Shown here one piece after another: positions 12,403-24,199 of a stretch of 64,000 nucleotides of DNA. Made by a program: the position numbers and the translations under genes. Within the stretch, counting starts at the first letter, position 1, and every line of letters starts with the position of its first letter. The notes under the pieces were generated by a model. The model saw only the letters and a program-made list of their open reading frames with translations. It was not told the origin of the DNA and ran no database searches. This DNA is from Hypanus sabinus (taxonomy: Eukaryota), in the NCBI RefSeq assembly GCF_030144855.1, contig NW_026781489.1:1-64000 (forward strand). The letters are read 5' to 3'.

Positions 12403-13643
12403 TGTTACTGTAGGAACTGAGTAGTTGGACTCTCTCGGACTAAAGTAAAATGCATTGGTTGATAGTAGAGTGATGAACCCCTCGGTTTCTTGCCATGGAC
12501 TGTCACTTTAAGAGAGATTGCCTGAGTGTCATCAACGGCCGGTTTTCTCGGCTGCTGTTTGATTCTTACTGAGAGAGAGGGAGGGGTGGAACTATTTGAC
12601 TCTGCAGCGTGTTTACACTTGCTCACAGCTTGTGTTTACATAACTCGCAGTTTGCTTTCTTTAAGCAAGGACAGTCACAGACACACAGTCAGACGGAGAG
12701 AAAGAAAGAAGAAGGAAAGTTCGAAACAAAGAACCTAGTGGCCAAAGGTCAGTGTTTGCCGTTTCCTGTGCCCACAAGGGTGGGTTGATTATTGATCCAG
12801 CATACACCGAATTTTGTCCTGATTAAGAACTGGGATCAAGAGAAACTTTTTCTGATCCACTGGAGTGGATCTGTTGGTTTGGGAGTATCCTGTGAAGACC
12901 ACTTGTGCTAACCCTTGCCTGGGTGTGGTAATTCACTTGCAGAGGGTACCCCTGTGACAAATCACTGTTGATGCTAATTCCTATAATCCATATGTGGATT
13001 TTGTTGGGAGTATCCCGTGGCTACCACATTTGTTAACTCTTAGCTGGATTCAGGTGTGTTATGTGGTAACCATTTGTGAGAAGGGATATTCAGTGGAAAT
13101 CACTGTTGGTTATACTTTGTGCATTGGATCTGGATTGTGGATTGTGGAATCTACCTGTGTATTAACCCCTGTCTGTGTGGTAGTTCCCTTTGAAGACGGT
13201 ACCACTGTGATAAGCTACTTCCGGTGATAATTCGTATGTGGATTTGGATCGATGAAAGATATGATCTTCACCGAATGTTATCCTGTTTTATCACCGTGGA
13301 ATTTGACATAATTGACTCCTCTTGACTTTCACCCTGGATTACAACTATCTCTCTCTCATCATTTATTCCATGGATGAACTGAACTTTCATACTTCTGAAT
13401 CTCAGGATTTAAGCTTGATATTCCCTGAGCTCAATGGTTTGTGAGTAAAATTTACACAGATGTATACTCATAACACTTAACTTTTGCTTGTCTTGCTTAA
13501 GTTGTTATATTATAAGTAGATACACATAAAGATATTGGTGTTAACATCAAAACCAGACTTACCAAAACCAGACTTTTGGTTAACACCAAAATTGGTGTGT
13601 TCTATTGCTGCTGGTTCATTTAAACTGTTACAGGTACATAACA
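12403..13643 (+). mobile_element. Gypsy-type solo LTR inserted at the ERV pol/env boundary
   Basis: TGTTA...TAACA termini; non-coding; interrupts the ERV between integrase end and env; 3' motifs shared with 270-990. No TSD found. Confidence 0.6.
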
Positions 13644-14460
13644 TTGGTGTTGGTGTTTATGTCTTTGAGAGGGCTGACCCCAGCTTCCAGGGTCCCCATG
13701 TTAACAGATTTCTGTCTCTCTGTCACGCCGATGCCAAACAGGTAAAACTAGGGGCCTGCTGGGTTTGTGCCAAAATTGCGCAGCACAGTAAAACTATGAT
13801 TGCAATGTCAGGAATCCCGCTCAACCACAGTGAGGAACTCTCAGCCTGGGCTTTCTCAAACAACACCCGGGAAAGTGAGGTGAGGAAATGTGGTTCAGTC
13901 AGAGATGACTGTGGCTGTCAGTGTTCTGAGGGATGGTATCTCAGGCTCCCACCAAACACAACTTCCTAGACTGGGAAACATGCATCCTGACCAGACTTGC
14001 AGGTGCCCGGCAGCGGAGAGGAATAACTGAGACTGAGCGATTTTGAATGATGACTTTTCTCTCCTATGGAGTAGCCAGGAATTCACGAGATATAATCAAT
14101 TTGGCTACAGTGCTTGAGGAGCTGGCCACAATACTGCAGGGAGCCTGACAGAAACACAGGCCCAAGTAACAGAAATATCCACTGAAATGATTGCAATCCA
14201 GAAAACAGTCCTACAGAATCGTATGGCTTTAGATTTTATCCTCACTGAGAAAGGGGGAACCTGTGCTATTATTGACACAGAATGCTGCACCTATATCCCT
14301 GATGAGTCTACTAACTTTACGTCCCTCTCCGAGCACACTGCCAAGGAGATTGACAGCATCAAGAAAGTAGGGCAGGATTTACATGGGTTCACCGAAGGGT
14401 TGAAGACCTGTTAGGTAATATTGTGCGCATGATATTGCATTATGGCCCAATAGTTGTACA
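13644..14460 (+). mobile_element. env: ERV env, gamma-type, internally deleted
   Basis: N.FLSL....A......CWVC (SU CxxC); furin site RQRR at 14008-14019; immunosuppressive domain LQNRMALDFIL; CX6CC (CAIIDTECC). Confidence 0.92.
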
Positions 14461-14468
14461 TAATGATC

Positions 14469-14760
14469 AAAAGGAGGGAACGATAATATATGTAAAAGTG
14501 TTAACACTTAGTTAAACAAGAGCAGCCTGTTTTTCTGAAAGAAACTGCTGATGGTCAACAGATGTGCTCAGCCATGCTGAGCCATATTTCGTCTTGAGGG
14601 AAACTAGCTAGGGCTTCAAGATGGTTATCTCCTTGGACACTCGTGCTTAGAGATAGAACAGCTTCAACTGTTCTGTGTGTGTAAGTCAATATGACTATTT
14701 TGTCATTTGCTTTAGGGACTGTCATGTAGTAAGTAGCTTTGGCTCCAGTCTGTCTTGTGT
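14469..14760 (+). mobile_element. Polypurine tract and presumed partial 3' LTR
   Basis: AAAAGGAGGGAA at 14469-14480 right after env; the downstream sequence is not visibly similar to the 5' LTR. Confidence 0.5.
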
Positions 14761-15048
14761 GGGAGGGTGGGTGGTGGGTATCTGTGGTGTAAGGGGAATT
14801 GTTAGTCAATGAATGGATTGGGCAGGACAGTCAAGGAAGTCATGGAAGACTTCCACAGAATGGGAGAAGTTTTAAAGGGCTGCGCTTCTGGAAGCACATT
14901 ACCAGACCTGCAGTGATTCCAACTGGGTCTGACAGAGGCATAACTGGTTCTTCTGGGCACATTCAGTCTCACTCTCAACTATTTCCTACCTTCCTTTGTA
15001 CCGGTGTGTAATGGCTGAAGGACCAGAGTTTGAGTAAATGAGACTCAC

Positions 15049-15194
15049 CAAACTTTCTCCTGACTGAATCACAGGAATCTCTGAGTCAGATGGTTTCTCT
15101 CCAGTTGATGCTCTCAATCCTCGGGCTGGTTCACTTGTTGCAGTTCCCTCGTCTTCAGTCGTGGTTTGCTTCCAGTTCTCACCGCAGGTGTAAC
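15049..15194 (-). other. Candidate internal exon (possibly of the ZNF transcript)
   Basis: Minus-strand ...aaag| acceptor and |gtgagt donor; one open frame (..NWKQTTTEDEGTATSEPARGLRASTGEKPSDSEIPVIQSGESL). Confidence 0.35.
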
Positions 15195-15389
15195 TTTAAC
15201 ATGAAAGATAATGAAGCACTTTAACAATAGAAATGAGAACCAAACGTTTCTGCTTAATGTTACTAAGAACAAAACTCGCTGAAATTTAAACGTTGAAGGC
15301 AGATATACTGATCTCAGTGAACAATCTTTTATTGTCCCTCACCCGTCACAAAATGATATGGGATAAGAAGGAGCCATAAATCAGTCATG

Positions 15390-15860
15390 GTAAGACATAA
15401 GACACAGGAACAAAATTAGGTGATTCGATCCATCTGGTCTGCACCACCACTCAACCAAGGCTGATTTTCATTCCAACACCATATTCCTGCCTTCCTCCTG
15501 TAACCCTGAAGCTACTTAGCAATCATGAATATATTAATCTCTGTCATAAATATACCCAACCAACCTCTGCAGCAACAAATTCGATAGATCAGACATCTTT
15601 TCAACAAAACAAACATTCACAGTTTTAAAGGGAACAACTTTATTCTGAGACTGTGCTGCCAGATCACAGACTCCCAATCTAATGGAAACATCCTCTCTGT
15701 GTCCACTGTATCCAGGCTTATCAGCATTCGGTAGGTTTACTTAACCGTACATCCCTCCACAACCCCCACCGTCCCTCTGAACTCCATTGAGCACAGGTCC
15801 AGAACACAAATACTCCTCATACATAAAGCTGATCATTCCTGAGAGTACTCTTCTAAACCT
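15390..15860 (-). mobile_element. CR1 LINE 3' fragment
   Basis: Starts with the reverse-complement CR1 tail (acataagacacaggaacaaaattagg..attc) followed by degenerate RT C-terminus. Confidence 0.65.
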
Positions 15861-17109
15861 CATTAGCAACAACTGTACTGAACACATTTCCAGGAAGAAC
15901 AGACAGATTGGTACCAGGATTATGTTACAGGTAAAAGCTGTGTTTTATTTACTGTTCTACCATCACAGAACGAGCCATTTCCATTTCCAGGTTAAAACAG
16001 GTCTATTTCAGGAAATATAAACCATTACATGGTGACAGTAATAAAAAAAAAAACTGGAGTTACCAGAAACGCTCAGCAGGTAAGGAACACCTGTGGGGAG
16101 AGGAACAGTCTTTCCCATTCAGGTTAATAACATTTTGTCAGAATGACTTCAAACATTTTCAGTTTTTAATGCAGATCTCCAGCAACTTGACTTCCACCGA
16201 GTGACAGTCTTGTGACAGTGGGGGGAGGGGCGGGGGGTAGATTTCCAAACATAGATTGAACACAATACTCATGGTCTCTTTCTACTGTTGTAAACATGAA
16301 ACAGACCATTTACTCCTAGCCTATCCCTGTGAGAATGGAATGGGAACTAATCCTCTCCTCAGATTAGCAGTCATTGCTTCCAAAGGAACTCCAGTAACAA
16401 ATGTTTGATCCTAACAAGAAATACTCATTCAACACTTCATAAGCCCAAGCAGCTCAATCCCCAGGTCCAATTTACCTGGATCAAAAACTGTGATATCCCA
16501 GGACCCAAGCTTACAGAGTCACACAGCTGAATCTGCCACTCACCGACCCTGAGATTCTCACACATCGTCCATGCATCTCACACTGGGTAGTGCAATCAGA
16601 GATTTCCCTACAACTAATATCCAGCTGCTCAAAATGTCTGCTTCATTTCAGAAGGAAACACCATCTATAGAAGCAGTAACCAATGTCAAAGCCAAAACAC
16701 CGACAGTTCCATATGCTGGGAATGTCGATCACGAGATTATAGCCCAAGCACCAACTGTTCCAGTTCTCTTTGCAGACAGTCACAGTTTGAAAACGAGCAC
16801 TCCCACAGCAATGCACAACACAACTCTTGCCTGATGACCCTCCGGCATTCCAGCTAAGAAAAACCTATTCAGGAAATAACTCAGCAAGACCAAAGTTGCA
16901 AAAGAACATTTCACAATGAAGACAAGGATTAGAAGAAAGATTGCTGATATATAACATTGAGATGGTGCGATATAGGGTGGACCAAGTTTGTTCTAGATGC
17001 TTGATATACATCACTGAAGCTGGGGGAGAGAGAAACTGGACAGAGGTTGAACAAGATGGGCAGGGAATGAGCAGATGGAACCAGGTGGGAGAAGAGATCA
17101 AGGGCAATC

Positions 17110-17760
17110 ACTGATGGTTCTCCAGCAATACGCAGATACTGAATGAATAGTACATAATACTGTATAAAAAAATTCTAAAATGACAAAGTTAGAACAAACA
17201 GCAAGAACTTTGCCATATACACTTTGACCCTCACCAATTTTTTATCAACACACCAGAGAAAGTTTCCCATCCGGACACTTCACGCTCTGCATGGTAACTG
17301 CTCTGCCCATGACTGCAAGGAAAAGCAGAGAACTTTGGATCCAAAACAACATCCAAAGTTCTCTGCCCTCTCCCCTCAAAGAACACTTTCTAGACTTCCC
17401 AGTCCCTTGGTAAAGCAGGCATTGAAATCAAAAATAGAAACATAGAATCATAGAAAACCTACAACACAATACAGGCACTTCGGCCCTCAAAATTGTGCCA
17501 AACATGACCCTACATTAATGACTAGGCTTACCCATAGCCCTCCATTTTTCAAAGCTCCATGTACCTATCCAAAATCTCTTAAAAAAAACCCTATCATTTC
17601 TGCCTCCACCACCATTGCTGGCAGCCCATTTCGTGCAATCACCACTCTCTGAGCAAAAAACTTACGACTGACATCTGCTCTATACCTACTCCCCAGCACC
17701 TTAAACCTGGGAGGCAACCATTTCAGCCCTGGGAAAAAGCCTCTGACTATCCACATGATC
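17110..17760. mobile_element. Rex-type fragment (+, ~17110-17430) followed by CR1 3' end (-, ~17435-17760)
   Basis: TLTNF...GNCSAHDCK..QR matches the Rex C-terminus; (atagaa)n tail and RKFFAQRVV..RNGLP on the minus strand match CR1. Confidence 0.6.
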
Positions 17761-18514
17761 CCTATAACCTGGAGCGTTCTCCATTTTTACCCACCCCAAT
17801 CAGGGAGAAGACACAACAGCCATAAAGCTCAGGACAAATGCAAGGAGCCTCAGGAAGTGAGGAGAGTTGGGGGAAGTTACGGGACTCAGTGGCCAACATC
17901 AGATTTCCCCAACACAACATGGAGGAAGCATCACCACCCATCTGGGAACTGTGCACACTCCACGTGATCTTACATCACAAAGCCGAAGGTGGGGCAGATC
18001 TGCGGTCAGCAGCCTGATGTGAACCGTCGGCAGGACTTCCATTTCAATTCTGCGGAAAAAGACAGCCTGGGCTCCTGGTTTGGATTGTTCAATGCAGATT
18101 AAATGAAGTCTACATATTTTTGATGAGCCCAGATAACTGGAAAATAAATGAGTAACTGGCCCTCAGTTCAGGGCTCACGGCCAACACCAGATCTCCCCGC
18201 TTAGGATCGGTCTCAATACTCACTGATGGCAAAGTGATATCTTCGACCCACAGACAGTGATCCCGACCCAGGAAGTGAGGATCCCTTCCAATTCCGCAGA
18301 CTATCCACTTCAGCAGTGAGCGGAAAGGAAATCACCATCCATCCGAAGAATGTGAGCATGTGCGCAAAGATTGTTACATCATCCAGAGGGCGGGGCCTCA
18401 AGAAACAGACACGCATATGCTGCCCATCTGCAGTTAAATGGGAGGGGCAAATGTGAACACATAACCAGAGGGGACTCCCAACCCAAGCAGAGCACCCCAA
18501 CTAACCTCCCACTC

Positions 18515-19199
18515 CAGACATCCCACCTATCCGAGAAGTTCTGGGATTCTCCCACATATTGATAGCGGCTCCCTGATGCCCCCAAATTATGTACAATATC
18601 CTGGAAACAATCTTTTTGAGAGTGACCAAGCAAGAGGGAGAGAGACACAGTGACAAAGAGAGCATCCTGATTGGTCTCTCTTTGTGTTAAGTAGACCTAT
18701 CAGTTTTCTCTGTGGGCTGGCTTTACAGTCGACCACTCTCTCTTTTATTGTCCATCAGTTCTGATCAGTGTGTCAACTAACCTTGAGGGACGGTGCCAAA
18801 CTACAAAAGTTTGCCAGTTGATGAGTTCTGGTGGAAGCTGTCCAAAGTAAAATCTGTGAGCACAGGGCAGTTGAGATTCAAAGAGCTCTGCCAGTTGATG
18901 AAGCTGCTTTTGGTGCTGCCAAATTCTGATTGTGAAGTAGAAATTGCACTCAGAATGGCGCGTCACATTAAGACATAATTCAGAAGTCAGCTGTCTCACA
19001 AAACACTTGTGAATCTTATAGCCTGCAAAATTAACAATTTCATTAACACAGACTGCAGTGAGGTTAAAACTTCTGGCAAAATGCTCCAATTTGCCAAGCA
19101 AGCCACATCACAGTGTAAGGAATGTTTGCAAAATAGAAAAGCTCTTTGCATTAGTATTTAGTTATTAGCATTGAGACTGCCTACAAAATACTCTACAAG

Positions 19200-19236
<37 letters not shown>

Positions 19237-19460
19237 CACACACACATATATATACACATATACATATATATATATATATGTGTGTGTATAAATAGATTCA
19301 ATATGTGATCTAATAAATTGTTATGCTCTTTCATAATCAATTCTCCTGTATGCATACACTCTTGGAATCGGTGGGGGGAGGTGAGGGCATATGGGGTTGT
19401 GAGAGACAGGGGTGGTGGTGCTACCTCCCTGAAATTAGTTTTTGCAAGGTGGGATGTCTG
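18515..19460 (+). mobile_element. Internally deleted hAT DNA transposon with 14-bp TIRs and transposase dimerisation-domain remnant
   Basis: CAGACATCCCACCT (18515-18528) and AGGTGGGATGTCTG (19447-19460) are perfect inverted repeats. ~18790-19040 encodes DEFWWKL...F.EL..L...LLVLPNS....E...R....KT..RS.L...TL..L. Confidence 0.85.
19201..19290. repeat. (TA)n/(CA)n/(TG)n compound microsatellite
   Basis: Directly visible dinucleotide tracts. Confidence 0.95.
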
Positions 19461-19479
19461 CCACAAACTTGTCCCTCAC

Positions 19480-19980
19480 ATCTCCTCTCACCTTAAATGC
19501 ATTAGACATTTCATCCCCTAGGTAAAGATATCATATTTCACTCTATCTATTCCTCTGGCAATCTTATAAACGTACATCCAGTCTCACCCCAGCCAGCGTC
19601 GCTCTGGAGAAAACAACACAAATTTGTCCAAACTCTCATTATAGCTCACGCCCTCTAATCCAGGCAGTATCCTGGTAAACCTCTTCTATGCCCTCTCCAA
19701 AGCCCCGACATCCTTCAGAGAATGGGGGGCGACCAGAACTGTCTGAAATACTCCAGATGCGGCCTAACTAGTTTTATAAAGCTGCAACACAACTTCCTGA
19801 CTTTTGAAAATGCTTCAACTAATAAAGACAACCATGCCATTTGCCTTCTTAGCCACCCGATCAATCTGTGCAGATCCTTCAGGCAGCGATGAGTCTGAAG
19901 ATCCCTCTGATCATCGACAATGCTCAGGGTTTTGCATTTAACAGAGTCCTGTCTCCCGACATTCCACTCACCGAGCTACC
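19480..19980 (-). mobile_element. CR1 LINE RT C-terminal fragment
   Basis: Reverse complement reads LYKTS.RPHLEYF.QFWSP.....DVGALERA..RFTRILPGL. Confidence 0.75.
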
Positions 19981-20199
19981 AAGATGATCATCACTAATCA
20001 AATCTCACTGGGCTTTCTCAAGTCCAGTAGAATTTGGTGGCAAGAGAGCAAGTACGGGAAGGTACAGGCACAGAGAAACACTGACGTGTAGCAGCATCAC
20101 AGGCAAGTACATTCAGATAACACACGGAACAAAAAAAAATAATACGATTCTCCAACAGTAATAATATAGAAATATGTTTTACGTCCTCTGCTAATTGGA

Positions 20200-20800
20200 C
20201 CAGAACAACAGGGGCTGAGCGGCGGCTCATCTCAGACGGTTCGGTGTGAAGGTCTCAAAACCCGGACCGACCCAGGCAGATTCTGTGAAGGAAGCGAGGC
20301 GAGGCCGCCAGTTCAGGAAAGTTCACCCCTCTCCCTTCAGGATTCACCGATTGCCTTGTGTTTCTCTCTCCATTCCACACCACCACCTTTTATTCTCCAG
20401 TCCGGTAACGGTAACTCTTTTCCTAGATGCTACCCGGCCTGCTGAGTTCCTCCAGCATCTTTTGCGTGCTGCTCGCATTTCCAGCATCTGCAGATTTTCT
20501 CTTGTTGGATTTCGGGAAAGTTCACGGGACATCAGAACTCCCCTCTCGAGACCGGCTTCAGCACTCACCGAAGGGAATTTGTTGGTGTCGCCCGGCAGAG
20601 AATAATCCGTCCCCGGCTCCACGACCGATTTCGATCCCTCCGCCGACCCGCTTCCGCAAAGAACAAGAGATACACCGATCATCAAGGACTGAGCATGCGT
20701 GATGTCGTCAGCGCGTCAAACGGGCGTAGCCTCGGAAACAAACCCGCGGATGCTGCGGATACGCGGTAAAACGGGTTCTGGTGACGGTGGAGGGTCGCCC
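20200..20800 (-). promoter_or_regulatory. CpG-rich island, candidate promoter/first exon (possibly of the ZNF locus)
   Basis: High CpG density; GCATGCG (NRF1-like) and TGATGTCGTCA (CRE-like) at ~20693-20710. Confidence 0.45.
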
Positions 20801-20849
20801 ATGTGACCCAGTGACTCTGCTCCTCGTCCCTCACACTCAGCCCGACCCA

Positions 20850-21053
20850 TGTGGTGAACTACATATACCTGTCTGGGCACGCTCCCCTGCTGACTGCTCC
20901 TGTGGCTCCTTCCTCAGACCCCGATATAAAGGCGATTGAGGCCTGAGCCCTGCCCTCTGTCTCCAAGAATGTAGCATGGTGGTCAATTGCTGCTTGTTCT
21001 TTCTGCCAGACAATTAAAGCCTCACGTCGCTGAGAGTTATTGATGGTGCATCA
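20850..21053 (+). mobile_element. 204-bp solo LTR with perfect 5-bp TSD
   Basis: TGT...TCA termini; ACCCA on both sides (20845-20849 and 21054-21058); TATAAA ~20925; ATTAAA ~21013. Confidence 0.85.
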
Positions 21054-22299
21054 ACCCATGCTGCATTTCCTCACGTTAATTCATTATTTCCCACGCCAGA
21101 TACATTTTTAAATTACCCTCTAAATCTTCCCCGTCCTCACCCCTCCACCCTACTGGTTACAGAGTTAAGCATTCCATTCCCATCCAAGCCACAAAATTCA
21201 AACCCAAACCAGAAATATGCAGGTTTCGTTTAAATCATTTCTGTTTATAAACACTCATTTCTATTCACATTTCTCCGGAGCCTCACTGGACAGGAACACT
21301 GAAACATCCAGTGAGAAATAGCCGGAGTAGGCCATTCAGCCCCTCTAACCAACAACATGATGGCGACTGCTCTCCCATCTCAGCCATATGTTTCGGCCGG
21401 ATCCTCGTTTCCTCGATTCCTTCAGTCCCCACACACCTGCCGGCTTCTGTTTAATGCGAGGAAGGTCACGGCGTCTTCACCGCCCTCGGTGTAGAGACAT
21501 TTCCCCTCTTCTCAGTCCCAGACAGTCCACCCCCTTTTTCAGAGACTGGGATCCCTGGTTCAACCGGTAACGATGTTATGCATTTCGATGCGTTCACCCC
21601 TCAGTCCTCGATTCTCTAAATGAAAGGGTTATCACATTTGATCTTTCTTCATATGATGACCCCACCACTCCAGGGATCAGTCTGGTGAATCTTCACTGCA
21701 CTCTCTACAACAAATACTCTCTAACCTCTTTATTAATCCTGTATGGAATTACTTTCCATCTTCTGCAGCCCCCTATTGCTCCAACCACTCACCTCCCACC
21801 CCTGTCACTATTTCCACCTTCCCACCTCTCCCTCACCTAGATCCACCTCTCACTCCCCTGCTCTTGCCCCATCTGCACACCTCAGTTCTTTTCTCTGACT
21901 ATTTCCCGTCCACCCTCAGTCCAGATGGAGGGTCTCGGCACGAAATGTTGACGGTCCATTTCCCTCCACAGATGCTGCCCGACCCATTGAGTTCCTTCGG
22001 CAGTTTGTTCGTTGGTCTGTATAACCCGTGTTAGTATGGGGAGCGGGATTTTACACTATATTCCAGGTACAATCTCAGCAAAACCCGAATAATTGTCACT
22101 TTGTCCGGACCATTGACCCCGCTTGCAGGTCTACAGTCTGCCAGTGTTTGCCTCCAATGTGGTGAATCCCTCTGCTCGGAATCACTGTGGGCTCACACAT
22201 TTCCACAGATGTGCCCCTCCTGTCCCCACCGGGACAAACATCCTGTCCACGCGTTCTCACACCATATTTATCACACCATCAAATCCCGCTCCCTAAACC

Positions 22300-22640
22300 C
22301 CACCACGTGGAACAGGCATCAAACCGACAGGCCGAGCGGTCTCTTCCTACCTCTCAGCGATACATCAGACTCAGGCCGCAGGAGACGCTTCACAAACGTC
22401 CCAACTTCCCTCCGAGGGAAATGGAAATAAATCAAAAAGTGGACATTTACTTTGGGATTTATTCCGCTTTTCGGGAAGTTTAGCACTGGAGCAGGAGACG
22501 GCTTCACTGTGGTTTGCGCCCTCTCGGCTGATCCACTTCGGCGAGTGTAACCTGTGATTGACATGTCTGCGCACCAATGGGAATAGCGCAGCGCCTGAAT
22601 CCTCTCTTGACAGCGGTGGGGGCGGGGCTGAAAACGTGAT
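22300..22640. promoter_or_regulatory. Second CpG-rich patch with CCAAT and GC box
   Basis: CCAAT at ~22574, GGGGCGGGGC at ~22619, elevated CpG. Confidence 0.35.
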
Positions 22641-23303
22641 TAGTTGCCGATGATACTTTATTAGTCAACGTCTATCCAAATACTTCTACATCAGGTCCCT
22701 TGGAATAATTTCCAGTCACGTTTCCTCAACTGATGTCAGAAATTCCTGTTTATAATTTCGTGGTTTATGTTTAAAGCCTTAAAAACAGCGGAATAACTTT
22801 GGTTGTCCTCTCATCCTCTGGTATCTCCCCGATTGTAAAGGATGTTTTAAATGTTTCTGCTCAGGCCCAAGCAGTGACTGAGTTGGCTGCCTGTGGTGTC
22901 AAGGTATTGTCAGGTACTGGGTATTTTTCCACTCTGGTATGCCTCAGGTTAGAAAACGCCTCTTCATCTGTAATCTGTTTCTGCCACTTCGCTCACTTCC
23001 ATAGAATCCGTGCGCAAATCTTCAGGAAAAACAAATATCCCCCATCTGTTATGGCTCTACACATGGATTGTAATCTTCCAGCGGAGAAATTCTGGCCCTT
23101 GGCAATCCCTTTGCTCTTTACATTTCTGTACACTTGGATAGGGTTCAACTTGACTACTCGTTATGCCTTCGTTTAGCCCTCCAGAATCCTTTCTCAAGAG
23201 TTATCTTGCAATTCCTGTACCCATAATCATCTCATTGGTTCCTACCTGGCTATACTTGTGAAGTACATCTTTTTTCCTTTTCTTAATCATGGCCTCAATA
23301 ACT

Positions 23304-24055
23304 TCAAGCTGCGTCTGACTCCACAGTACTGAGGGATAAGCAGCTCCATAGTGCTGCCTCACCTGGAAGGTCTGTCTGGGGGCCCTGAATGGAGGTAAGA
23401 GAAGGGGTATAGGGACAGGTGTAGCACTTACGCTTGTAGGGATAAGTGCCAGCTGCGAGATCTGTGGGGAGGTACGTATGGATCAGGCAGTCGCGGAGGC
23501 AATGATCCTTGCGAAAAGCAGAGAGGGGTAGAGAGGAAAAGATTTCCTTAGTGGTGTGGTCCTGTTGAAGGTGGCGGAATTTGCGGAGGATAATATGCCG
23601 AATCGGGAGGCTGATAGGGTGTAAGGTGAGGACAAGGGGGACACGGTCCCTGCTGTGGTGACGAGAGGATGGGGTGAGGGTTGAAGTGCGGGAAATGACT
23701 CCCATAACTATCTTGATTATACTTCTTTCCAACCTGCCAAATGCAAAAATTCTATTCCCTATTCCCAGTTCCACTCTCTCCGCCGCATCTGCTCCAAGGA
23801 TGAGGCTTTCCATTCCAGGACATCTCAAATGTCCTCTTTCTTTAAGGGTCGTGGTTTCCCTTCTACCGTCATCAATGATGCCCTCATCCGCATCTCCTCC
23901 ATTTTCCACTGGGTGGACTTCCTGATGAAGGGTATCGGCCCGAAACGTCGACAGTGTTTCTGTTTCTAGATGCTGCCTGGCCTGCTGTGTTCCACCAGCA
24001 TTTTGTGTGTGCTGTTTGAGTTTCCAGCATCCGCAGATTTCCTCGTGTTTGCTCT
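23304..24055. mobile_element. Penelope-like element fragment with internal inversion and hammerhead-bearing tail
   Basis: Plus 23700-23905 reads HNYLDYTS..P..CKNSIPYSQF..LRRICS....F...RGFP. The continuation ISRTS.L.P....RDRVPLVLT.HP...C.TCP is on the minus strand 23697 to 23330. Tail ctgatgaagggtatcggcccgaaacgtc at 23922. Confidence 0.85.
23922..23949 (+). ncRNA. Minimal hammerhead ribozyme motif (Penelope-associated)
   Basis: CTGATGA + stem II (GGGT/GCCC) + GAAAC-GTC. Confidence 0.65.
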
Positions 24056-24199
24056 TCAAATCCGAGCGGGCAGGTTTAACAGCACTGTCAGGGAGAGTAT
24101 AAACTAAATCGCCAGGGGGATCGAACAGGAGTGATAGGGCTGAGGAAGGGTTGAACAAAATTAAATCAGCGATAGCGTGCAACAAAGATAGAAAGGACA

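Noticed and set aside
13535-14414. Domesticated syncytin-like env gene
   Set aside because: Stops, a frameshift, a large SU deletion and no intact signal peptide or membrane anchor.
16540-16860. 87-aa plus-strand ORF with PTVP repeats
   Set aside because: No recognisable domain or clear splice context.
23304-24185. 293-aa minus-strand ORF as a host gene
   Set aside because: Chimera of antisense Penelope sequence, an inverted Penelope segment and flanking DNA.
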